From the human T2T-CHM13v2.0 reference genome, Homo sapiens, in NCBI RefSeq assembly GCF_009914755.1, contig NC_060925.1: 64,000 nt of DNA. One strand, given 5' to 3'. A program made the position numbers and the translations under genes. The notes under the pieces are model-generated. The model saw nothing but the letters and a program-made list of their open reading frames with translations. It was not told the DNA's origin and made no database searches. This document shows, one piece after another, positions 1 through 11,220 of this stretch (positions are counted from its first letter, which is position 1; each line of letters starts with the position of its first letter).

Positions 1-1041
1 TCCTGGGTCCACATGACCCTTACTTGCTCCTGCCTCTGGTGAGTCTCCTGTCCTGACACCTCTAAGCCTCCACATCCATCTCTATGAAATGGGATCGTAT
101 TCCTGCAGCCGGGTCAGCTGAGTTGGAGGAGAGTTGCTGACTCCTCTTCAGTGGTGAAAGGAAATGAAGAAAAGAAATTTGTCTCATCCTGGGGAAGGCC
201 CCAAACCTCATCCCCAGGAGGTCTGCCTGCCTGGCATTTTACAAGGCAGTGGGCCTCTTGGAGGCAGGGAGCCGAGATCAAAAGTACATCAGACATTGCA
301 CCAGACAAGGTGACTTGCCCCCCACCCCCCTTGGATTGGCAAGGTGTTCTTTCCAGAATAACTGCCAAGATCCCCCTCCCCAGTTCTCTCTTTGCCACTA
401 TTGTGGCTCTGGAGAAAAGATTAGAAAGGCAGTGCTAATTTAATTTGCCAGAATGAATAAAGATAAGACAGTGACTCAGGGTGATGAAGTGCTGGGAGCC
501 CATAATTCACATGCCTGATAGCCCACGTTGGAGCTGATTCAGCCAGGACAGCCTCGGTTTACTGTCTCTGTCGCTGAGGAAGGCTGGCTTCCCCGCCTAG
601 GCAGTGGGTGTGAGAGGCTTATAAATGGGCAAATGAGTTTAAGGGGAGGAAGGAGCGGAGATCTGTGGGTCCTTCTAGTGCCCATGGCTGCCACCAGGAT
701 GTGGGGAGGGAGCACTCAGATCATTCATTCATGATCACGCAGCACTCATTCACTCATTCATGATCATTTTACCAAGCAGCCCCCTGGGCCTGGAGTGGGG
801 CATAAGTGGAGGGTGTTTTGGGATCCATCATTAAATCCAAAGGCCATCTGGCCAGGCTGCATCAGGGATACCTGGGCACCGGGATTACCTGTGTCCACGA
901 GGGCACGTGCATCACTGCACATGGGAATTTGTGTCATCAGTGAAACAGGAGTGCATTCTCAATGCCCATGGGCAGGGCTTGTTGGTGTGGGGACACCTAG
1001 ATATACACAGGGCTCGCTCATCAGCATATGCAGGGCTCTGA

Positions 1042-1378
<337 letters not shown>

Positions 1379-2201
1379 ACTGGGGGGAGCTTATTACTTC
1401 TCTAAGCCTCAATGTCTGTAGAGTAAGGATAGTCATAGCACCCACTTTACAGAGTTCTGGTGAGGACTAAGAGAGTGCCTGAAAGAACCCAGCTCGGCAT
1501 CCGGCCCACAGGAAGGGCTCCATGATCATGAGTTATGACCCATGTTATTTCATGATGATCATGTGAATTCTTCTTCCTGGGTGCGCGTGGAAGGTGGGCC
1601 CACTGGGCTGGTTCATGCACTTCATGGAGAGTTGCTCTTATGGCCACAGGGGAGACCTTCCTGTCACGTCCCAGGTGCTCTTTCTTCCTCCTTTGTGGCT
1701 GAGACAATGAGGGCTTGGTGCCTGGCTGGGAGGGAAGGAAAGAAGGTGGAGAGCCAGCCTCTCCTTCAGGGCCAGGAAATTTGGACTTTATGGAAAGCTG
1801 GCAGTCTGCTTTGATGGAACTGAAGGCAATTTGCAGCAACACAAAAGGGTGCATTAGAGAGGGAGGGCTGGGAGCCCCAGAAATGAGAGGCTGGAGGCTG
1901 GAAAAGAAGGGGATGAAAATGGCCCAGAGAACAGCAATTTAAATGCAACCAAAGCATGAATACTTCTGCCAGGGACCGGGGTTTCCATTCACATGGAATG
2001 AAGGACCCACGATGCAGGTGCCTTGTCTGGCTGATGGAGCAGGGGAAGGAAATCCCCACAGGGGCCAAGCCTCGGTGGGCTGGGTTTTCATTTCTTTTGT
2101 TGTGTAGTCTAAAGTAGGAACCACTGGACCTTCTTGTAATGCCTTGTGCTTGGAGCTGGGGTGCAGATTGGTGTGAAGACTCTTGGGGTTGAGGATGGAG
2201 T

Positions 2202-2311
2202 GGAGAGGGCAGATCTGAGTCACAGTCAATGACAGGAGGGCTCTAGTGGGAAGGAGGGAGAGGGCAGAGCTGAGTCACAGTCAATGACAGGAGGTCTCTA
2301 GTGGGAAGGAG
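2202..2311. repeat. Tandem duplication, 2 x 55 bp, each copy with TGAGTCA (AP-1)
   Basis: ggagagggcaga(t/g)ctgagtcacagtcaatgacaggagg(g/t)ctctagtgggaaggag occurs at 2202 and 2257. Confidence 0.92.
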
Positions 2312-3576
2312 GGGGGATTGGCAGCTCCAAAGCATGGTAGCCTGGACCTCAGGCCTCTCTCGGGCTCTCTTGTGAGCTCCCTGAACTTCCAGCGGCCCAG
2401 GCCGTCCTGGATTACAGAAATGTAGTGGAACCCCTCATCCAGGGCTCAGGTGCTCCCAGAGAATTGAGGCTAGGAATGGCCCTTGAGTTAACCCACCATA
2501 TAACCTTATAGTCAGAGAGGTCTGGGGCAGCAAGGGAAGAGGGGCTGGGGGAGTTACTGTCCAAGATCACACAGTAAGTCAAGGCCTAAGCTGGACACAA
2601 CCCCAGGCAGCCCACAAAGAATAAATAACTCTTTCTCTCCCATCACCTCTGTCCCCTGACCAGGGCATCATGCCTCTGGACAACATGGTACCCCAGGTCC
2701 AACTCTTAAGCTGTGTGTGGCCACTGCAGTGGAGTGCGCTGTCTCTGGGAGCACCTGTTAAAGCTCACACTGCCTGGAAGGAGTGAACCAGCCTCTCTCC
2801 CATCAGCCCAGCAGCAGGGACTCCTCTCAGACCAGGCAGAGATGCTGCAGTAATGGTGGGTGAGCCCAGCAAGGGGCCTGGAAGCAGAGCAAGCCCAGGA
2901 GGGGGCTGGACAGCAGCACCAGGGTGAGGGGTGGGTGGGAGCCTGAGTGCTGGCAGGCACAGGAAGGAGAGAGGGGCAGGGTGCTCGGGAAATGCTGTGT
3001 CCCAGGGGCCACTCTGCAGGGAAGAGCCCCTGGGTGTCGCGTGAGTGGAGGGAATTGGACCCTCCTCCAAGCACAGGATTCCATGGCCCTGGGCGGCCAG
3101 TGACCTCACTGCTCTGAGCCAGGGGTGGGGATAAGAATGCCCCCTCCCAGGACTGCAGTAGGGAGTGAGATAACCTTTACCAGGTAACATGCTCAGCCCA
3201 GCGCCTGATAGACGGGCTCCCTCCCCAGTCCCCAGTCAGGACACCCCAGGGGTCAGGACTGTGGGCTCCACAGTCCCACATCTGGGATTGGTGTCCCGCT
3301 TCACTGCCTGCTGGATGTGTGACCCCGGGCAGGTTCCTCCCCCTCCCTTAGCCTCAATTTCCTCTTTCATGAAATGATGCATTGCCCTCCAACTCTTGGT
3401 TATTCTTTGTGAAGTGTCTAACACCGGCACAGAAGACTCACCTGATCAAAGGCAGCAGGCATCACCCTGAGCTGGGGGTCTAGAGTGACCTTTTAGACAG
3501 TGAAGTCTGGACCCATGGAGGGGTTATCATTTCCACAGCTCTCATTCGCTCTGCCTGTCCCTTCCAGAATCCCAAA

Positions 3577-3939
3577 TGTTTCAGCCATTTTCTGTGGCTG
3601 AAACAGAACATTGTAGGCTGAGTAATTTATCCACAATAGAGGTTTATTCGGTTCATGGTTCTGGAGGCTGGGGAGTCCAAGACTGAGGGGCTGCACTAGG
3701 TGAGGGCCTTTTTGCTGTGTCATAATGTGGCATAGGGCATCACATGGTGAGAGAGTGCGTGAGAGAGGGTAAGAAGGGGCTTACTTTGTTTTTATAGTAG
3801 ACCCACTCCCACCATAATGACATGAATTCATTTCACATTCATCCATTAATCACTGAAAGATCACACATCTCCACACTGTTGCATGAGGGATTACGTTTCC
3901 AACACAAGGAACTTTGGGAAACACACTCAAGCCATAGCA
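3577..3939 (-). mobile_element. MaLR solo LTR (MSTC/MSTD/MLT1A-like)
   Basis: Typical MaLR text: gaggtttatt..ttcatggttctggaggctggga-gtccaaga and catcacatggtgagagag. Ends ctcaagccatagca (reverse complement tgctatggcttgag). Confidence 0.8.
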
Positions 3940-5464
3940 CGGTCCTCCGCTGTCCCTCTCCCGCCCTCACCATCTCGGGTCTCTCTGTCGGGCTTTGACA
4001 GAGCAGGTCTGGCCTGAACTCAGTCTGCAGAAGTAGATTCTCCATGTGCATGAAAATTGCCCATTTACTTTGAGAATCCCATAGAAATCGTTCTCCTCCT
4101 CCGCCTGCTCTTCTCCTCCACCCGTTAACGATGGGACACTGGCATGCTAGCATTCTTCCTTTCTGCCTTTATGAGCAAATATGTGATAAGAGGCTCATCG
4201 CTGACTCTTTGACAAAATGCAGCATTTTCTTTTAAGCTACATTATGTTAAGAGCAGAATTTCCTCTCTACTAGCTGATAACCTTTTCTGTTTCTTTTCTT
4301 TTAAATGAGAGCATCTCTTGTTCATTCTTGTGGAAGATCTGTTAAGGGAGATAAATTGAGAAAAGTCGTGAACTCCTGAAAAGATACATCTCTTTAAAAA
4401 GAATTCATTTGCAGCATGAAATCTACCGAGTGAGTGTGTAAACCATGGAGTCATTACAATGTGGTGGAATTGCTTTGCTTTGAATTGAGTTGTGGCTCTG
4501 TCTGTAAGTACCTGCTCCTTTCACTGTTTCAAGCTGGGATACTCAGAGAAGCGTGCAGACCTGGCTGGGTCTGTCAGCCCTGCCTTGGCCCCGTGTGGTA
4601 ATCAGGTAAACTCCCACCTGTGCCCTCTCACCTGGACGGTGGGGGAGGCTGAGGGAGGCCTCAATTCTGAATGCTCCCTGAATTCCCCATCTGCTTGAGC
4701 CCAGACCCTACTCTGGTCAACTCTGTCCCTTAGTAAAGTAACCAACCATTTCTAGTTGGCAGGGACCGAGTGCATTCTTGGTATGAGGCACTTCCAGCGC
4801 TGAAACCAGAGAAGTCCCAGGCCACGAGGATGACTTGGTCACCCTGTTCTTTGTGGCTCCTTACATTACTACCAGTGAGCTAAGACCTGTGAGGAGAGGC
4901 AGGCGAGGCCTCCATGCCCTGCCCTGAGGGACCAGCCGTGGTGCTGGTGTTCGCTGATGTGCACAGAAGAGCAGGGCTCCTTAGGGAGGCGTGGCTGGAG
5001 AAGGTGACAGAGCCTCACAGCTGGGTTCATGGGGTTCTGTCCTCTTTCTGCACTGTCTCATTTACTCCTCACAGTCAGTGTCAGGTGACAACACTGAGGC
5101 TCAGCTCAGAGGCATCACAGTGACTCATACCAGTCATCACAGTGCAGTGGCATTGTTTTGCTTTGAATGGAACTGTAGCTCTGTCTCCAAGCACCACTTC
5201 TGCTTGTGCACCCCATCTCTGTCTCCCAGACCAGGGCACCTCCAGAGCTCAGCGGAACTGCAGGAGCCCATGCCACGTGCAGGAGTGGAGGCAGAAGCTG
5301 GCAGGGGCTGGGTGAGTGGGGCAAGGTCCTAGTCACTTCACTCAGACCTCTAGTGTCCAGCACAGACCTTGGCACAGACATGGGTGCCTTGCAGTGTGCC
5401 CTGGTGAAGGGGCCTAGGTGGGGAAGGGGAGGCCCCTCCTCCTTGGCCAGTCTCTCTAGGTCCC

Positions 5465-5693
5465 AGACTCCCTCACTGCCTCCAACCACACAGAGGCTTC
5501 AGCTCCCCACCTGGGCCTGCTTGGGGTTTGACAAGCACCAAAAGTTCCACTTCAAAATTCATAGAATCACAGCATCCAAGGCAGAGGGGCCTTTATCTTG
5601 GCTCTGACCGCGAGCCTGCTGTGGCAGGGCCCGGTTTGTGGGCGTGCATGTCTGCAGCCAGCCCTGTGTGCTACCCCAGGAGAATTTTATCTC
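5465..5693 (+). repeat. Local direct duplication, copy 1 (229 bp, no TE family recognised)
   Basis: Aligns without gaps to 6469-6697 (offset 1004 bp). I count 11 mismatches, all 5' of position 5575. Confidence 0.95.
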
Positions 5694-6468
5694 AGCCCAC
5701 CTCGCTTCTTCCCTTCTCCTGCCCTCAAAGGGGAACATTATCTTTGTGAGATGGCTCCAAAGTCGTGGGGACTGCGGAATCAGGAGAGGCGAGAGTGGAG
5801 AGGATCTGGAAAGATAAACTAATCTGTATAATGAAGAAGATTGGGGAGGGAGCAGGAGAAGCTGGCGAAGAGGGGAGGAGGCAGAGGAAAGAGCCAGCAA
5901 GCTCCTCATCAGGGAATAGTTTGCAGATGTGGCTTCGTGAAGGGCTCTGCAGCTTTCCCTTCTGAGAAGTGGGGACTTCAGGAAATGCTACAGGGGCTAT
6001 AAGCCAGATATTAAGGGCTATAAACCCTTAATTTTCCTTGAAAGAGGGAAATAAAAGCAGAAATTCCTCTCCAGGTTATTTTTGGCTGCTGGACTGTTTC
6101 TTCCCATTGTCTACCATGTTGAGACGGAGCCTCCTGAGGCCCCAGTGGCAACCGGGTTGTCCTGTTCTGTGTGGCTTCAAAAGGGCTGGGGTAGGTTCAC
6201 ACATGACCGCATGCCAGAAATATCGTGGGCACCCAAGTAACACATAAGCAACGGTCCTCGGGGACGATCAGTTTCACACTGATTGAGCACCTTAGTGAGG
6301 GTCAGGCAACCGTCGGGTCAGTGGGCATCACCACCCTCATCCCACAGATGAGGAGACAGACTCAGAGATGGGAGGAGACTGGCCCCAGGCCACGCAGCCA
6401 GGCAGTGTGAGGCCAGGTGCAAACCCTGTCCGCCTGGCTTCACCTCCACACTCTTTCCACTCCTGCAG

Positions 6469-6697
6469 AGACCCCCTCACTGCCTCCAACCACATAGAGC
6501 CTTCAGCTCCCTACACGGGCCTGCTTGGGGTTTGACAAGCACTATGCGTTCCACTTCAAAATTCATAGAATCACAGCTTCCAAGGCAGAGGGGCCTTTAT
6601 CTTGGCTCTGACCGCGAGCCTGCTGTGGCAGGGCCCGGTTTGTGGGCGTGCATGTCTGCAGCCAGCCCTGTGTGCTACCCCAGGAGAATTTTATCTC
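6469..6697 (+). repeat. Local direct duplication, copy 2
   Basis: Matches copy 1; the last 119 bp are identical. Confidence 0.95.
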
Positions 6698-9169
6698 TGT
6701 CCTCTGTGTGGTTGGAGCATAGGAGGCAGAGGCGACATGTGGCTGCGGGACCTGGGCAGGGGTCAGGGAAAGGTCTGTTGTGAGCAGGACTTTCCATATA
6801 CGTGGTGTTTCAACAGACAGCAGTGTGGGGACATGGGTTGTAGGTCGTCCTACGGGCATTCCAGATGGAGGGAAGGGCATTCCAAATGGAGGAGGCAGCA
6901 GGAAGAACAGCCAGGAAGTGGGGCCCAGGACACCTTTGGGAAGCAGAGAGGAGTGGCCTTTGGTAGGATCATCAAGGGAAGATGTGGCTGGAAGTGCAGG
7001 GAGTGACTCCATCAGAAAGCAGGAAGCCTCTCCAAGGGCGTGGCTTTGCACAGCTCCCCAAGTCAACAGGAGTCCAGTTATGGAACTCATTTGCATATTA
7101 AGACTCAGGTCGGTTTTGTGTCCCCCACCTCAGCCCTGCAAGCCCAAGTTCAATAGCTGTTGGCTCCTATCTTGTTCAGGCCCCGTTCTGTCTTCTAAGC
7201 TCCGCATCTGCCTGTCCAGGGACCTCAGCCCAAATCTCCCACCTCATAGCCTGGAGCCAACCCTGCAGCCTCCACAGAGACTCTACAGGCTGGGACCTGG
7301 GAGGCCACACATCCAGTCATGAACGGCTGGGTCTGCTCTAGGTCTTGTGATGGCCAATATTGTGGGAGAAGGGCTGATGAGGCTGGGGGTATGGAGTGTC
7401 TTAGAGAGAGTCAAGACTCAGGGAGGGTCATGGGCCTGCCCCAGTCATACAGGAGTCAGTGATGGAGTCTCTGGGCTGGAAGCCCGCTGCCCTGGACCCC
7501 TGGCCGACCTCTCTGACCTCAGGTCTTTCTCTGCATCCTGAGCCAGCTCGACTTACATCAAGATGATCCCTTTTCCTTCTTCTCCAGCAATTCCTCATTC
7601 ACCTTCCACCTCAGTGGCTAAGATCATTTCTCAAAGTCCAGCCAAAGGAGCAATAATTACTGGATATGACTTAAGTAATGAAACAATCGCTGCTGAGCCA
7701 TCTGGGTACTGGAGAGCTGGGAGCAGCAGGCATGGCTGCAGACATGTGTGTCCACCTTGCTGCCTTGCCCCGGATGAGAGCTCAGAGGGGCTGGCTTGGG
7801 GCTCTGGGCCCAGGCAGCCCTACCATGACTCTGCTCTTCCCCAGCTGAGTGAGCTTGGGCCTCTCTTCACCTCTGAGAGCCTCTGCGGAGTAAAGTGGAG
7901 CCCACTGTGCACCCCACAGGGGCAGTAGTGAGGCCTGAAGAGACCATGCAGCTCCAGCTCCCCGTGAGAACCAGCATCCTCCCGGGGGCTCTGGGTTACC
8001 CTGGGCTGCAGTTAGCCAGGTGCTGGTGTGTGGTCATGAGGCTGCCTCAGCAGACAAGGCTGGAGTCCCCTCAATAACACCTAAGACCCTTCGCCAAGGG
8101 TGATGTCATCTGATTTGTAATTACGAAAGACTCCCTGTAAGCTCAACCTTTCCCAACAGCCAGCCCTGACCAAGGGGATCAGGGTGGAATCAGGGCTGGA
8201 GGAGGCTCAGCCTCTACTGGATGAGGTGGGGGTTGGGCCTGGATTCAAAACTGCAGCTCTGAGGTCAGAAGCATGGAGTGTTAGGGTCCCAGCTCCCTCC
8301 TTCCTTGCTGGCTGGCCTTGGGTGAGCTCCTGGACCTCCCAGCCTCAGCTCCCTCCTCAGGGAGACTTTCTGCTTCACAGAGCTTGGTCAGGTGACGTAT
8401 CCTCCCTGGAACTCAGTTGCCTCATCTCTAAAATGGGCTTTGCACCTTCCTGCCCTGTGGGGTGGGAGGACTGGATGAGATGGTGTGGGTGAGGGGTTGT
8501 GCCATGCCTGACACCCTCTATTTGATCCTCACTCAGTGGTATCTGTGGTGACAGGATCTGGGACTTCCCTCAGCCTAGCAGAGGGTTCAGAGTGAGCGAG
8601 GCCACGCTTATGTTTATTGGGGTGAAAGCTGCATTAATAAGCTGGCAAAAAGGGAAAGCATTGGGGAGAGTTGGCAAGGACAGTGCCTGGGCAGGAATCA
8701 CTCTCTCCTCTTGGGGAGCAGCTCCTCTGAGCCCCCTACACTTGAGTTTTCTGTCTCCCATTTGGCCCTTGGCTCTCAGTGGGATCTGCTGTCATTTCTG
8801 TAGATATAACAATAACAATAATTGCAATAGCCTCAATCCTTGAATCCTTCCTCTCAGCCGAGCTTTGCCCCACAGAGTGCCCCAAAGGAGGCAACAGAAG
8901 GACCTGTGGGCAGAAAGTCCAGTCCCACCTCTGCCTCCTACTCCAGCCTTGGGCTGATCCTTCCCTGCCCTGGGCCTCAGTTTCCCACATGCCAAATATG
9001 GGTGTTGAATTTGACACTTGGAGGCACTTTGAGCTGTTAAATTCTACCGGATGTTCAAAGACTGTGGGGAAGATGGGGAGCAGGAGGGGACAGGGGCCAC
9101 ACTCGAGCCTCGGTTCACAGTGGTTGAGTGGTCACAGTATGCCAGGCACTGTCCTGAGTGCTCCATGTG

Positions 9170-9595
9170 GATCAACCTAGTGGGTCCCCACATCATCAAC
9201 TGGAGGAGGGGGGCACGATTATTATTCCCATTTTATAATTGAGGAAACTGAGGCACAGAGCAGTTTGTCATGGCCAGAGCGCTGCTCTGGGAGACAGGGA
9301 CAGATCCAGACCCCTTGACTTCCTGGGTCACCTGAGGGAAGGAGCTTCCCTTCTTATCTTCCAGGAAGGAGGTAGCAGAACAGGAACCAAAGTGAGTGCA
9401 AAGTCTGCTGGGGGCCAGGAGCTGCCAGGAGCCCCCGTATGTGAGGTTGCATCCTCAGGACCTCTCCTGGAGTAGGTATTGTTCTCTCCATTTTACAGAC
9501 AAGGAAACTGCTACCTAGAAAGGTTTAGACTTAACTAACATCACACCGCAAGTGTGTGGCAGGGCCAGATTCAAACACAGGCTCTGAATCTTTCC
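9170..9595 (-). mobile_element. Two MIR fragments
   Basis: MIR core motifs attattcccattttata..gaggaaactgaggcacagag and ctccattttacagacaaggaaactg..ccagattcaaacacagg. Confidence 0.7.
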
Positions 9596-10064
9596 ACCCC
9601 TCACAGGCTACTTCAGGGCCGGGCACCCCCGCGTAGTTGGGGCAGAGATTGGAGGATAGATCTGGCCGGTGGCTATGGGTTCTTAGGCCCACAGGCAAAT
9701 AAGAGGCTCCAGAAAGCTGGGTATTGGGGGTGGCCTCAGGAGCCCTGTGACTGTGGTCAGGAAAGGAGAACCCAGGACTGGGCAGCAAGAAGATAAGGCA
9801 GACACGAGGTTCTGGAGAGTCGGCTCACGGCTGGGGAGGATGTAGGGGCCTGGCCAGAGTGGGCTCAGGAGTAGGGGCTGAATCCTGTGAGGTGGGTCAA
9901 CAGAATGAGGAAGGTCCCCATACCTGGAGGAGGTGAGGTCAGGGGCCCACAGGCAGAAACAGCTAAGTCCAGGCTCCTGACCATCCTCCAGCTTCCACGT
10001 GGACCTGCCCTCCCCAGTCATGGGCCTCCCAGAGGCCTGAGGAAACCTGTAAACAGGTAAAGCA

Positions 10065-10335
10065 CATCCCATTCCTCTCAGCTCCCAGCCCTCCCCAGCT
10101 TCCGGTCTTACTCAAAGGAAAATCCAAATCTGCTGGCATGGCCCACAAGCCCCTCCCATGTCTGTCCCCTCTGACCTTGTCCCCCTTCCTCTTCGCTACT
10201 CACCAACCTACAGCCATACTGACTTCCTGCTGTTCCTCAAGCAAGTGAAGCCCGCTATAGCCTCAGGGCCTTTGCACATGCTCTTCCCTCTGGTGGCTGG
10301 TTTGCACCTGGCTGATGTCTGTGCCTCTGCACGGG
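10065..10335 (+). mobile_element. L2 fragment
   Basis: cagccatactgacttcctgctgttcctcaa..cctcagggcctttgcacatgctcttccctctg is characteristic L2 3' sequence. Confidence 0.7.
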
Positions 10336-11094
10336 CTGTGAGCTGAGGGCACTGGGAGCCTGGGAAGGGTTTCCAGCTGGGAGGGAACCAGCCAGCTTTG
10401 TGCTGCTGAGGGGCATTCTGGGGTGGACCGGAGGGTGGGCTGGAGGGGATGAGCTTGAGGGCAGAGAGAGTGCTCAGTGTGCAGAGCTGGGGCATGAGGT
10501 GGGCTCAGCTGAAGGGCCAGGGAGGTCACAAATGGTCAGGATGGGCCCCAGGTCAGGTGGGGAGAAGCAGCCAGGCCAGTGGTTTTGATGTGGAAATGTC
10601 TGAACTGCAGAACAAGCCTCCTTTCAACTCCCAATTAACATGGGAGCCTCCCCAGCCAGGCAGAGCTGGGTTGGCAGGTGGGGCCCAGAGGCTGTGGGGT
10701 CAGGGAGTGGGGATGGAGGGAGAGCCAGCCAAGACATTACCATGGGCATGTGAGAAAGGAACGTTCTGTCAACTGGAACCAGCGCAGGGAAATCCAACAG
10801 GGCTAAGAATTTTCCTCCCACCAGCAAGCTGAAGGGGAAACGCATTTGTTTCCGCCGCACATTAGTGTTTTTCAGGAGATAATGTGACTGTTTTTGCGCT
10901 AGAAAGTCATGAATGGAAAATTCCACCTGCCAAGACAGCCAGTTCCTCCCCCAGGCACTAAAGAATGGAGAAAGCTTCTGTCTCTAGCTTACTGGTGCCT
11001 GGAGTTCCACCACTGGAGCTCCGGTCCTATGGCTTGGGGCCTTGTCATTTGTTAAAATGCAAACAACTTCACTGAAGTCATGTTTCAACACAAA

Positions 11095-11220
11095 CATTTT
11101 CATTAATTCAACAAATATTTATTGAGCTCTTGCTCTAAACCAGGCAGTACCTGGAGGCTGAGAACAGAGAAATTAATTAAGACTTGTCCAGACGAAGCCT
11201 TCAAGGAACTGGCAAACTCT
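11095..11220 (-). mobile_element. L2 3' end
   Basis: attcaacaaatatttattgagc motif followed by L2-like sequence. Confidence 0.7.

Noticed and set aside
5598-6700. Duplicated short ORF MALTASLLWQGPVCGRACLQPALCATPGEFYL as a gene pair
   Set aside because: It starts at TTG, and the identity simply reflects the DNA duplication.
10785-10925. Cluster of NF-kB-like sites
   Set aside because: Mostly partial matches, as expected by chance in purine-rich sequence.
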